Origin: Candidatus Enterousia sp. | GTDB lineage: Bacteria > Pseudomonadota > Alphaproteobacteria > Rs-D84 | Direction of reading: 5' to 3' | Assembly: GCA_045606425.1 (NCBI GenBank) | Contig: JAZURV010000004.1 | Coordinates: forward strand, 120,987-184,986 | DNA length: 64,000 nt | Part shown: one piece after another, positions 9,545 through 19,047 of the stretch | Position numbering within the stretch: position 1 is the stretch's first letter | How the letters are laid out: every line of letters begins with the position of its first letter | Position numbers and translations under genes: made by a program | Notes under the pieces: generated by a model | The model's database searches: none | Seen by the model: only the letters and a program-made list of their open reading frames with translations | What the model was told of the DNA's origin: nothing

Positions 9545-10966
9545 TTAATTGCCACTTGGTTTGACAAATCTCCAGCCTTTAAACGTTTTACCTGCATCGT
9601 TTGGCAATGGCGCAGAAGGCGTCACAATATTATCACCTATATCAACATATGAATATGTCGCATTATTTTCAATCGGTTCAAAATCGTAACCTTCTGGAAT
9701 ACTCAACACACCCAGCCAATTGATTGTAATGGCACGTTTGGTCCAATGCGCGTACAAAACCGGCGATTCAACGGTTTTATCCCACGTTTTACCGGCTATT
9801 GGCGAACCGGTACCCGAATAATATTGATTTCCACCAGTAGCCGCATCCCAATATCCAACAAATCTGTATCCTCTACGAGTAGGCATCGAACCCATCGCTG
9901 GCAAAGCGCTGCCAAATTCCATCCTGTCTGTGTATGTTGTGATACCTTGCCATGTACCACCGTTACCATCAAATGTCACATCATAATATCTTGCCTTACA
10001 ATACCGGGGCGAAGAACGATATTGAAACAACAAAGAACGATCGTCTGATACCCCCCCAGCCATAAGAGTCTTACATGCAGCAAGACATTCCGACAATATT
10101 GTCGAAGAACTGGTAGTTCCTATATTAACCCACGCAGAAGTCATCGCCAAATTTTGATATGTATGTGCACTATCCTCAGTTTGGGTTGGTACATCAATAT
10201 ATCCCGTTATATTACAGAAACAATTTTGATTTGACCCCGTCGTAAAGGTTGCGTCTGGCGCCAACAATTTTTCGGAATTCGTACCAACTGCTGCACCACC
10301 GTAAAGAATACCGCTGTCACCAAAATCAACCGCCCAATACTCTTTGTGGTCGCTAGCCATAGCCGAATGTAATGTCGCACCATTTGCAGAAGGTGTCCCA
10401 GAAGAACTGGTCCACGACGAAGAAACGGCACCATGGTTATATATCGCCTCTTGTATATCTGTTGTCAACGCATAGCCCGCTGCACAACCAGATGTCCAAC
10501 ACATATTTACACCATTATAATAGCGCCCCCCAGACACAAATCCAGTACCGTGCGTCGCAATGTCAGAATCAGTACAATCGCGATAACAATAGAAAGAAGA
10601 CACAGACCCTTCATCAGATTTCGTATACGGACTTGGACAGTCTGTCCTAATTTGATCTGTTAAACCATACCCTGCAGCAGCCGTCCCAGGACAATAAGAT
10701 CCAGATGGACACACAGCTGTCTCATAACTTCTTTTTTTCAAATAATATCCTGGCAAAACCTCATAATACGCAGACGCAGTGACATTTCCACTGCTTGTCC
10801 CTATATGATCTTCTGTCGCCGCACCAATATAATTCGTGGATTTACCATTAGTAGGTTTCATATACCCACTGCCAGGGAAGGTATTCGTATCTACAACTTC
10901 ATCAGCCGCAAAGGCACCACCTATGCCCGCAATTGCCATTACTGATATCAACAATATTTTTTTCAT
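9545..10966 (-). CDS. Secreted Cys-rich surface protein with C-terminal Listeria-Bacteroides (Flg_new) repeat
   Basis: Signal peptide MKKILLISVMAIAGIGGAFA. It has multiple CxxGxYC Cys-rich modules and a C-terminal YDVTFDGNGG...GYRFVGYW...VLYAHW motif typical of the Listeria-Bacteroides repeat. Confidence 0.6.
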   Translation of the reverse strand: MKKILLISVMAIAGIGGAFAADEVVDTNTFPGSGYMKPTNGKSTNYIGAATEDHIGTSSGNVTASAYYEVLPGYYLKKRSYETAVCPSGSYCPGTAAAGYGLTDQIRTDCPSPYTKSDEGSVSSFYCYRDCTDSDIATHGTGFVSGGRYYNGVNMCWTSGCAAGYALTTDIQEAIYNHGAVSSSWTSSSGTPSANGATLHSAMASDHKEYWAVDFGDSGILYGGAAVGTNSEKLLAPDATFTTGSNQNCFCNITGYIDVPTQTEDSAHTYQNLAMTSAWVNIGTTSSSTILSECLAACKTLMAGGVSDDRSLLFQYRSSPRYCKARYYDVTFDGNGGTWQGITTYTDRMEFGSALPAMGSMPTRRGYRFVGYWDAATGGNQYYSGTGSPIAGKTWDKTVESPVLYAHWTKRAITINWLGVLSIPEGYDFEPIENNATYSYVDIGDNIVTPSAPLPNDAGKTFKGWRFVKPSGN

Positions 10967-11067
10967 GCTGCCCCTTCCTTTTTTATGTTGTTAAAAATTC
11001 CTATGGTTAAAGTGTATCAAAAACCTAGGTTTATGGACCACCCTGTTTGATGAAAAATGAAAAATAA

Positions 11068-11100
11068 AAAATCCCAGAAATCTGGGAAAAAATTTTTTGA
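11068..11100 (-). terminator. Rho-independent terminator downstream of mutL (minus strand)
   Basis: Hairpin tcccag-aaat-ctggga followed on the minus strand by ttttttattttt. Confidence 0.55.
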
Positions 11101-11179
11101 AATTTTTGAAAAATAATGGTTGCAATAAACCTAGGTTTTTGGGTACAGGTCAACACCCCGAATTTCTGGGAAATTTCGA

Positions 11180-12937
11180 TTAAATCCTTTCAAACATTGC
11201 GTCCAGTTCTGATATTGGAATAACCTTGTAAACTGGGCGACCATGATTACATTCACCGCCCCGTTCCGTGCGTTCAATATCACGAAGCAGCGCGTCCATT
11301 TCCGCCATGTTTAATTTGCGACCCGCGCGCACAGAATGATGACATGCATAATTTGCCAATTTTAAATGTAATTTTTCCTGTATACGTGAAGAATGACCGT
11401 ATGCACGCACTTCGTCTGCGATTTCATGGAAACATTTTTCCCAGTTCAAATCCCAATCAGATGGCTTTTCAAATATTGCTATTGCATCATCACCAAATGA
11501 ATCTATCACCAACCCACATTGTTTCAAATCGTCCCTGATAACCAACACAGATATGGCATCTTCACTTTTTAATTTAACAACTATCGGTGCCAAAAGCGGC
11601 TGTGTTTTTATTTCGTGCTTTCTTAATTTTTCATATGTAATGCGTTCGTGCGCAGCATGTTGGTCAATTATAACAAAACCCGCCCTGTTTTCCGCCAATA
11701 TATATTTGTTATTTAATTGTCCAATAACGCGTCCAAGTGGTAAATCAAATGCGTCTGGTTCAAATACCGTTTCGATTTTGTCCGGGGCGGTGTCCGGTTT
11801 TTGATTATTAAATGTTGGTGATGCAACAAAATTACGCGCAAAAGAATTATCTGAATGTGACGGCATAACCGGCGCAGAATAAAAACTGGTCTGGGTTGGT
11901 GCCAATCTGAATTCCGTATCGTCACCATCATTGTTTTGCACAACCGCGTCCGTGGCAACATTCTGATTCAGTGTTTTCGCCAACACATCACGCAAAGTCT
12001 TTATTATAAACGCGCGCACATGCGTCGGTTCCAGAAAATGCACCTCAGTCTTGGCGGGCGAAACATTCACATCAACATATTGTGGCGGCAATTCCAGATA
12101 CAGCGCACACAGCGGAAATTCCCGCGCATGCATTACATCCATATACGCCGCGCGCAGGGCGGCAACCAAAACTTTATCCTTTACCGGGCGATTGTTCACA
12201 AACAAATATTGGTCAACACTGGACGCACGACGCAATGTTGGGTGGGAAATAAATCCATGAATTCGCATCTGGCCCGATGAAGAGGTCGCATCAACTGGCA
12301 ACATTAAATCACGCACATCTTCGCCCATAACAGAAATTATGCGTTCCAACAAATCCTGATTCTTTGGGAAACGCCATTTGTCATTTAAAACGAACCCGAC
12401 ATCTGTACGCGCCATCGCCAATCTTTTCACAATGTCCAATATCGCCAACATTTCTGATTTATCAGAATGTAAAAACTTTAACCGCGCTGGTGTTTTTGCA
12501 AATAAATTAGCGACACGAATTCGCGTACCACTTTCCCAGGCTGACGGTTTAATTTCGCCAGTATTTGCATTCAACATCAAACCGTTTTCTGCGCCATCTT
12601 GGGCGGTGTCAATATTCATATCAGACACAGATGCGATTGACGGTAATGCTTCACCACGGAAACCCATAAAATTTATATTCAACAAATCATCATCTGGCAA
12701 TTTAGATGTTGCGTGTCGCAAAATACAATTTGCCAAATCGTCCGCGTTCATGCCGTGACCATTGTCAATTACAGAAATCAGTGTTCGTCCACCATCAACA
12801 ACATCAACAATAATTTGGTCAGCCCCCGCGTCCAGCGCATTTTCCACCAATTCTTTAACCACACTGGCGGGCCTTTCGACCACTTCGCCCGCAGCGATTT
12901 GGTTGATTAAAAAATCTGGCAACACGCGAACAGGCAT
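11180..12937 (-). CDS. mutL: DNA mismatch repair protein MutL
   Basis: 585 aa with an N-terminal GHKL ATPase (ELVENALDAGA, DNGHGM) and a C-terminal dimerization domain. Confidence 0.92.
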   Translation of the reverse strand: MPVRVLPDFLINQIAAGEVVERPASVVKELVENALDAGADQIIVDVVDGGRTLISVIDNGHGMNADDLANCILRHATSKLPDDDLLNINFMGFRGEALPSIASVSDMNIDTAQDGAENGLMLNANTGEIKPSAWESGTRIRVANLFAKTPARLKFLHSDKSEMLAILDIVKRLAMARTDVGFVLNDKWRFPKNQDLLERIISVMGEDVRDLMLPVDATSSSGQMRIHGFISHPTLRRASSVDQYLFVNNRPVKDKVLVAALRAAYMDVMHAREFPLCALYLELPPQYVDVNVSPAKTEVHFLEPTHVRAFIIKTLRDVLAKTLNQNVATDAVVQNNDGDDTEFRLAPTQTSFYSAPVMPSHSDNSFARNFVASPTFNNQKPDTAPDKIETVFEPDAFDLPLGRVIGQLNNKYILAENRAGFVIIDQHAAHERITYEKLRKHEIKTQPLLAPIVVKLKSEDAISVLVIRDDLKQCGLVIDSFGDDAIAIFEKPSDWDLNWEKCFHEIADEVRAYGHSSRIQEKLHLKLANYACHHSVRAGRKLNMAEMDALLRDIERTERGGECNHGRPVYKVIPISELDAMFERI

Positions 12938-12938
12938 C

Positions 12939-13409
12939 TTAGTCCTTGAATTTCACATCTATAATTTCGAATTCTTTTTCCCCACTGGGCAATCTGACCA
13001 TACAGGTGTCACCAACACAGTGCCCAATCAGCGCGCGCCCAACCGGTGATGTACAAGAAATAACCAAACGACCATCAGATTCTATATCCGACAAAATACG
13101 GCATTCCATTTTATTACCGTCTTCGTCTTCGGTTAAAACCTTGGCCCCAAAGACGACACGATTTCCAGACAAACTGTCTATATCTATGACCTGGGCATTT
13201 TCAATGGTATTTTCAATAAATTGAATGCGTTTGTCGATTTGACGCTGTTTTTCTTTGGCGGCACTGTAATCTGCGTTTTCAGACAAATCCCCCAGGGAAC
13301 GCGCCCATTGAACCACCTTTAAAATTTCAGGTCTTTGGTTTTCTTTCAAATCTTTTAATTCTGCCAGCAAACTTTCAAATCCCTGGCGCGATATTGGTTT
13401 CTTTTCCAT
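12939..13409 (-). CDS. greA: Transcription elongation factor GreA
   Basis: 156 aa with an N-terminal coiled-coil and a C-terminal FKBP-like domain; GreA family similarity. It overlaps the mutL start by 1 nt. Confidence 0.9.
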   Translation of the reverse strand: MEKKPISRQGFESLLAELKDLKENQRPEILKVVQWARSLGDLSENADYSAAKEKQRQIDKRIQFIENTIENAQVIDIDSLSGNRVVFGAKVLTEDEDGNKMECRILSDIESDGRLVISCTSPVGRALIGHCVGDTCMVRLPSGEKEFEIIDVKFKD

Positions 13410-13495
13410 AATTTAATCCTTAAATTTGGATATAAAGATATAACATAAATTTTAATTTTGCAATTCAATTCAATCTATTATAGTATATATATATT

Positions 13496-14566
13496 ATGTA
13501 TAGATTCAAACCAAATGTTTTGACTTTATTCCTGATGCGGCGTTTTTTCGTCAGTTTTTTGTTAGTTATGCTGACGACATGTGGAATTATATACGCTGTC
13601 ACATTCGTGGAAAGATTGTCATCTAACCCAGATGCATTGGCAACACTGATGGATGCATGGGTTCGTTTATTGGAATATGTACCTATGTTTTTACCATTGG
13701 CGGTATTTATGGGCACATTGGTTGCTTTTTACAATCTGACCAAATCCAGCGAGATGATTATTATATCTGGCGCGGGTTTATCACCGTTTCAGATTGCGCG
13801 TCCGTTTTTAATTGGGGCATTTTTAACCGGTGTTTTTGCAGCAACAATTGTAAATCCTTATTCGGTCGATTTGACAACACGCAAATTGACGAACCACCAA
13901 TTAAAACTGATTGACGACGCAATATGGTTGCGCGAATCATCAGACAACGGCTATCTGACCGCGCGTGCGACTGGATTAAATATGGCAAAAAACAATAACA
14001 TCATATTTGATGACATAACAATTTTATTACAGGACGACCAGTTTAAATTAAAAGAACGCATATCTGCAAAACACGCCACATTGTCTGAAAACGGTTTTGA
14101 TATCGATAACGCCAGCATTATCGGCGCAGACGGCGTCACACATGGCGATAACGCCCGTCATGTTGATACTAAATTGACCCCTAAAACAGTCCTGGAAAGA
14201 TATTTACAACCAGACCAGATTTCTTTCTGGAAATTACCGGCATTTATACAAAAAATGAATGCGATTGGTGTTTCAACGCGTGGTCATTTGGTTCAGTTTT
14301 GGACCCTGTTGTTTTTGCCATTGACAATGATGGCGATGACCGTTCTGGGGATTGCATTTTCACAAACCAAACAGCGCAGAAATTACAGTTTTGGTATAAA
14401 ATTCAGTCTGGGGATAGTCACATGTTTTGGTTTGTATTTTATTGTCAATGTGTTTAACGCATTGGGAAACACAGGTGCCCTGCCCCCGATTATCGCAATC
14501 GTTGCACCACAAATAATAATTATTGCAGGCGCATGCACTTTCATAACCAGTTTTGACACGATATAA
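13496..14566 (+). CDS. lptF: LPS export permease, LptF/LptG (YjgP/YjgQ) family
   Basis: 356 aa with six TM segments and a central periplasmic domain; YjgP/YjgQ family similarity. Deciding between LptF and LptG needs a search. Confidence 0.7.
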   Translation: MYRFKPNVLTLFLMRRFFVSFLLVMLTTCGIIYAVTFVERLSSNPDALATLMDAWVRLLEYVPMFLPLAVFMGTLVAFYNLTKSSEMIIISGAGLSPFQIARPFLIGAFLTGVFAATIVNPYSVDLTTRKLTNHQLKLIDDAIWLRESSDNGYLTARATGLNMAKNNNIIFDDITILLQDDQFKLKERISAKHATLSENGFDIDNASIIGADGVTHGDNARHVDTKLTPKTVLERYLQPDQISFWKLPAFIQKMNAIGVSTRGHLVQFWTLLFLPLTMMAMTVLGIAFSQTKQRRNYSFGIKFSLGIVTCFGLYFIVNVFNALGNTGALPPIIAIVAPQIIIIAGACTFITSFDTI

Positions 14567-14580
14567 AGGAATCAAAAACT

Positions 14581-14715
14581 ATGCCAATTCACAGACACAG
14601 AAAAAATAACACAAAAAAATATATAATTTTTGCAATAATAATTTTGCTGGTTATTGGCATGTGTTTTTCATTTGCGAACAACCCTGTATTTACTGAAACG
14701 GTTCTTTATCCATGA
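14581..14715 (+). CDS. Candidate small membrane protein (44 aa), below the ORF-track size cutoff
   Basis: ATG at 14581 preceded by aagga; sequence MPIHRHRKNNTKKYIIFAIIILLVIGMCFSFANNPVFTETVLYP with a single TM helix. Its stop TGA overlaps the xerD ATG (ATGA). Confidence 0.3.
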   Translation: MPIHRHRKNNTKKYIIFAIIILLVIGMCFSFANNPVFTETVLYP

Positions 14716-15575
14716 ATTACATAGACATTTTTCTTGAAGCCATGTCCGCCGAAAAAGGCCGCAGTCAAAAAACACTGATTGCGTATTCATCAGATTTGAA
14801 CCAGGCGACCGAAAAAATTGGTGATTTGTTAAATGCCAGCGCAGACGACATACAAAACTATTTATCGAACCTGGACGAAAAGCCTTCGTCCATCGCACGC
14901 AAGGCCAGCGCTCTGCGCAGTTTTTACAAATTTTTAATGTTGGAAAAAATCATAACAAAAAATCCAACCAGCAATCTGGAATTGCCAAAGCGTGGACACA
15001 GCCTGCCAAAATATTTATCACCAGACGAAATAGAATTACTGATATCGTCGGCGGGCGACATAAAAACATCTGTTCGGTTGCGCTGTATGCTGGAATTGCT
15101 TTACGCGTCCGGCCTGCGGGTCAGCGAATTATGCGAATTACCCATGTCTGCAAATCTGGGTGACAGATTGCTGATACACGGCAAAGGCGCCAAAGAAAGA
15201 CTGGTCCCCATGCACGAAGCCGCCCAGGACGCACTGCACAAATGGTTGCACGCACGCGGCGATGTTGATTCAAAATATGTATTTCCATCAAATGGTGCAT
15301 CGGGTCATATAACACGCGACGGTTTTTTCAAGATTTTGAAAAAATGCGCTGTATTGGCGGGGATAGACCCACACAGGGTTTCGCCCCATGTTCTGCGCCA
15401 TTCGTTCGCGTCACACCTGTTGGCAAACGGGGCGAATTTGCGCGTAATACAAACTATGTTGGGGCACGAAGATATTTCAACGACACAAATTTATACACAT
15501 GTATTGCCGGAAAAATTGCGCGACACAGTTGAAAATGCACACCCACTGGCACATAATGAAATCAAGGATATATAA
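14712..15575 (+). CDS. xerD: Tyrosine recombinase XerD (XerC/XerD family)
   Basis: 287 aa; conserved R..H..R..Y catalytic region (RHSFASHLL...GHEDISTTQIYTHV); the N-terminal SAM-like domain resembles XerD. Confidence 0.85.
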   Translation: MNYIDIFLEAMSAEKGRSQKTLIAYSSDLNQATEKIGDLLNASADDIQNYLSNLDEKPSSIARKASALRSFYKFLMLEKIITKNPTSNLELPKRGHSLPKYLSPDEIELLISSAGDIKTSVRLRCMLELLYASGLRVSELCELPMSANLGDRLLIHGKGAKERLVPMHEAAQDALHKWLHARGDVDSKYVFPSNGASGHITRDGFFKILKKCAVLAGIDPHRVSPHVLRHSFASHLLANGANLRVIQTMLGHEDISTTQIYTHVLPEKLRDTVENAHPLAHNEIKDI

Positions 15576-15578
15576 ACA

Positions 15579-16076
15579 ATGATAACAAAATGCGATCATC
15601 CGGGCTGCACCAAAGCAGGCACATGCCGCGCACCAAAAACGCGCGATTTGAAAGAATATTGGATGTTTTGTAAAGAACACGCCGCCGAATACAATAAAAA
15701 TTGGAATTATTACGCGAACATGACGCCAGATGAAATCGACGCAGAATGGGAACGCGAAACATTTGGTATTGCAGACAAAGACCGCGACAAAGCCAACAAA
15801 GATGAAGCAGATTATGTAAACTTTATCAACGATTTCTTGTCCGGGCGCAATACATTTGACAAAATGCCGGCCAAGAAAACCGTATCTTCGCAAATTACAT
15901 CTGCATTTGCAGTTTTTGGGTTACCTATAACTGCATCTTGGCGCGAAGTTGGAACCAAGTATCGTGCACTTGCCAAAAAATATCACCCTGATACAGCGGG
16001 CAACAAATCCTCTACGACTGAATTTACCCGTATCAACACTGCATACGAAACGCTGCGCAAATATTTCAAGAAATAA
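15579..16076 (+). CDS. J-domain (DnaJ-like) protein with N-terminal Cys-cluster
   Basis: C-terminal J domain with HPD (KKYHPDTAGN); N-terminal CDHPGC...C...FCKEH Cys cluster. Confidence 0.7.
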   Translation: MITKCDHPGCTKAGTCRAPKTRDLKEYWMFCKEHAAEYNKNWNYYANMTPDEIDAEWERETFGIADKDRDKANKDEADYVNFINDFLSGRNTFDKMPAKKTVSSQITSAFAVFGLPITASWREVGTKYRALAKKYHPDTAGNKSSTTEFTRINTAYETLRKYFKK

Positions 16077-16153
16077 ATACAGACACATATTTTTTATATT
16101 TGCACGATTGGCTTTTTATGCTATGATTTCGCAAAGCGAGTAAGGAAAAAAAT

Positions 16154-17050
16154 ATGTATGATGTTATTATTTTAGGTTCTGGTCCTGCCGGATTGACTGC
16201 TGCAATTTATACAGGCCGTGCAAACAAAACAACACTTGTTTTGGCGGGGGCGTCGCTGGGCGGACAAACAGGCGAAATTGCGAAACTGGAAAATTATCCG
16301 GGCTGGGCTGGTTCTGGAATGGAACTGATTCAGTTTATGGTTAAACAGGCAAAATCTTTTGGCACAAAAATTGAATTCGCGTCTGCCAGTGATATTAAAT
16401 TTAATGATGATGGCACATATACAATTACCTGTGACAACGGCAAAAAATTTGATGCAAAAACTGTGATTTTGGCAACCGGTGCAACCGCACGACGACTGGA
16501 AATTGCGGGCGCACGCGAATTCTTTGGTCGCGGCGTTTCATATTGTGCAACATGCGATGGATTCTTTTACAGCGGGCGCGATGTATTGGTAATTGGCGGG
16601 GGCAACGCCGCATTGAACGATGCGCTGTATTTATCAGATGTTGCAAAAAATGTCACCATTGTTTATCGCAAATCTGAATTTTTCCGCGCAGAAAGTATTT
16701 TGCGCGACCGCGTATCTGAAAAACAAAACATAAAATGTATGTTTAATACAGAATTAAAATCCATAGCGCAAAAAGACGGTTCTGAAAAACTGATTGCGAC
16801 AACAACTGACGGCGAACAAATTGAATGTGACGGAATCTTTGTTGCCATTGGACACGAAGCGAACACAGATTATTTATCTGAAACGATTAAACGCGACGAA
16901 ATGGGCCGTATAGCACCCGAATCTTTGCCCAACGGTATGTTTGTCGCAGGCGATGTGCACAGCAACATTCAAATGCAAATCGCAACTGCGGTTGGAACTG
17001 GGTGCAGCGCAGGAATGCTTGCCATCGCGTATTTGAATTCAAAAGAATAA
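16154..17050 (+). CDS. trxB: Thioredoxin reductase
   Basis: GSGPAG FAD motif; redox-active CATCDG; NAD(P)H GGGNAA motif. Confidence 0.92.
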   Translation: MYDVIILGSGPAGLTAAIYTGRANKTTLVLAGASLGGQTGEIAKLENYPGWAGSGMELIQFMVKQAKSFGTKIEFASASDIKFNDDGTYTITCDNGKKFDAKTVILATGATARRLEIAGAREFFGRGVSYCATCDGFFYSGRDVLVIGGGNAALNDALYLSDVAKNVTIVYRKSEFFRAESILRDRVSEKQNIKCMFNTELKSIAQKDGSEKLIATTTDGEQIECDGIFVAIGHEANTDYLSETIKRDEMGRIAPESLPNGMFVAGDVHSNIQMQIATAVGTGCSAGMLAIAYLNSKE

Positions 17051-17066
17051 ATAAAAAGGTAAAAAC

Positions 17067-18347
17067 ATGTTAGATTTAAAATTTATTCGTGAAAATAAAG
17101 ATATAGTAAAAAACGCATGCGCGGTCAAAAATTTTCCAGATGTCGTTGATGATATTTTGGCACTGGATGTCCGCGTTCGCGAATTAAAAACAATTACACA
17201 AACCAAGACGGCTGAAAAAAACAAAATTTCACGCGAAATACCAACCGCCACTGATAAAGCGCCACTGATTGCTAAATCAAAACAAATCAGCGAAGAAATC
17301 GCGAACGAAATGGCGGAATTGGCTGAAAAAGAGGCAATTTTGAATGACCTGTTGCATCGGGTTCCTCAAATCCCAGACGCATCTGCCCCAATTGGCGCTG
17401 ATGAATCTTCGAACATAGAAATTAAACGCGTTGGCGAACCCCGTAAATTCGATTTTACGCCACGACCACAATGGGAATTGCTGGAAATGAATGGCTGGTG
17501 GATGCCGGAAAAAATCGCAGGAATTTGTGGCACACGCGTTTATGCGCTTTGTGGTGAATTGGCAGAATTGGCATTGGCTGTTCAGACCTATGTTGTGCAA
17601 AACCTGATATCAAAGGGATTCAAATACATTGAATGTCCGTCCATAACAAAACCACAAACAATCTTTAATGCTGGACATTTTATGGGGTCTGATTTATCGG
17701 TTATGAATAATGATGTATTTATGCTGGCGGACACAGACAGATGTTTGGCAGGTACCGCAGAAATAATTATAAATTCCCTGCATGCTGACGAAATTTTGAA
17801 TGAAAATGAATTACCATTGAAATATGCTGGTTATTCCCCATGTTTCAGAAAAGAAGCCGGCGCCGCAGGTCGTGACACCCGCGGAATCGTCCGTGTACAC
17901 CAATTTAACAAGGTTGAACAATATGTATTCTGCACACCGGAACAAAGTGACAAAATGCACGAACACATATTAAATAACCTGTGCGAATTTATGGAGGCCT
18001 TTGAATTGCCGTACCGCGTGATTGCCAATTCTACTGGCGATATGGGATTTAACAAAACAAAAATGAACGATGTAGAGGCATGGTTCCCATCTGAAAACAC
18101 CTATCGTGAATTGGGTTCTTGTTCGTCCATTGGTCAATTCCAGGCACGCAGAACAAACACCAGATACCGCGAAAACGCAACCGGCGAAGTCAAATATGTT
18201 GCAACATTAAATAATACTGCAATCGCCCTGCCACGCGCTTTGGTTCCAATTATTGAAAACCATCAAAACCCTGATGGGTCTGTAAATATACCGCGGGCCT
18301 TGCAACCATATATGGGCGGACGAACAAAAATCGGTGGCAAACATTAA
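17067..18347 (+). CDS. serS: Serine--tRNA ligase
   Basis: 426 aa with an N-terminal coiled-coil arm and class II aaRS core motifs. Confidence 0.92.
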   Translation: MLDLKFIRENKDIVKNACAVKNFPDVVDDILALDVRVRELKTITQTKTAEKNKISREIPTATDKAPLIAKSKQISEEIANEMAELAEKEAILNDLLHRVPQIPDASAPIGADESSNIEIKRVGEPRKFDFTPRPQWELLEMNGWWMPEKIAGICGTRVYALCGELAELALAVQTYVVQNLISKGFKYIECPSITKPQTIFNAGHFMGSDLSVMNNDVFMLADTDRCLAGTAEIIINSLHADEILNENELPLKYAGYSPCFRKEAGAAGRDTRGIVRVHQFNKVEQYVFCTPEQSDKMHEHILNNLCEFMEAFELPYRVIANSTGDMGFNKTKMNDVEAWFPSENTYRELGSCSSIGQFQARRTNTRYRENATGEVKYVATLNNTAIALPRALVPIIENHQNPDGSVNIPRALQPYMGGRTKIGGKH

Positions 18348-18373
18348 AAAACGCCCAAGCGGGCGTTTTTTTT
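18348..18373. terminator. Bidirectional rho-independent terminator
   Basis: aaaacgcccaagcgggcgtttttttt between convergent serS and the 18372..18914 gene. Confidence 0.75.
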
Positions 18374-18914
18374 ATCTTTGGCTTTCCGCAAAATGATATG
18401 CCGGAATCATGGCTTTGAATGGCGCAATCAGGCCATTTGTATTCCATAATTCCACACTGCGATTCATTTTTAATATGGCTTCTGCTTCTAAATCACCCGC
18501 GAAAGTATCATTGCCATAATAAACCCAATCTTTATTGGTATCTTTTTGAACACGGTTCACATGCTTTGCGATTTCTTCACTTAAACGCAGCAATAAAAAT
18601 TTATTACTTGGGTCAAAGTGATGTCCCATTATTGGCAACAAATTATCATATAATCTTGTCCCATCTGGCAAAAGCGTATAAATAAGGTTTCTGCCAGAAT
18701 ACAGATATTTTTTTGGATTATCCGCAATATCCAGCAACAAAACAAACGCTTTTTTCGCGCCTTCATGCAATTCTTCGTCTATTCTGTTATAAGATTTGTT
18801 TAAAAATCTGCATTTTCTAAAAAAACTTTCATCTTTGTCCAAAATAAAACCACAATGCTGGGCATAGCCATGCAATAATTTTTGTATTGTTTTATCTATA
18901 TTTTTAGGCGTCAT
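18372..18914 (-). CDS. Hypothetical protein (180 aa), no recognisable domain
   Basis: Uninterrupted ORF with codon usage like its neighbours, sitting between terminators. Confidence 0.4.
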   Translation of the reverse strand: MTPKNIDKTIQKLLHGYAQHCGFILDKDESFFRKCRFLNKSYNRIDEELHEGAKKAFVLLLDIADNPKKYLYSGRNLIYTLLPDGTRLYDNLLPIMGHHFDPSNKFLLLRLSEEIAKHVNRVQKDTNKDWVYYGNDTFAGDLEAEAILKMNRSVELWNTNGLIAPFKAMIPAYHFAESQR

Positions 18915-18958
18915 AATTATCCTCTTGTTATTTTTAGCAAATTTATTATAGACAAAAC

Positions 18959-19017
18959 TTGCAAAATGTCAATAGTCTTTATATAATTTGTTGAAATCTT
19001 AAAAATATGGTATAATC
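18959..19017 (+). promoter_or_regulatory. Candidate sigma70 promoters upstream of typA
   Basis: TTGCAA (18959-18964), 17 nt, TATAAT (18982-18987); plus an extended -10 TGGTATAAT (19008-19016). Confidence 0.45.
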
Positions 19018-19047
19018 TATGGATTTGCAAAAAACAAGAGATAACAC

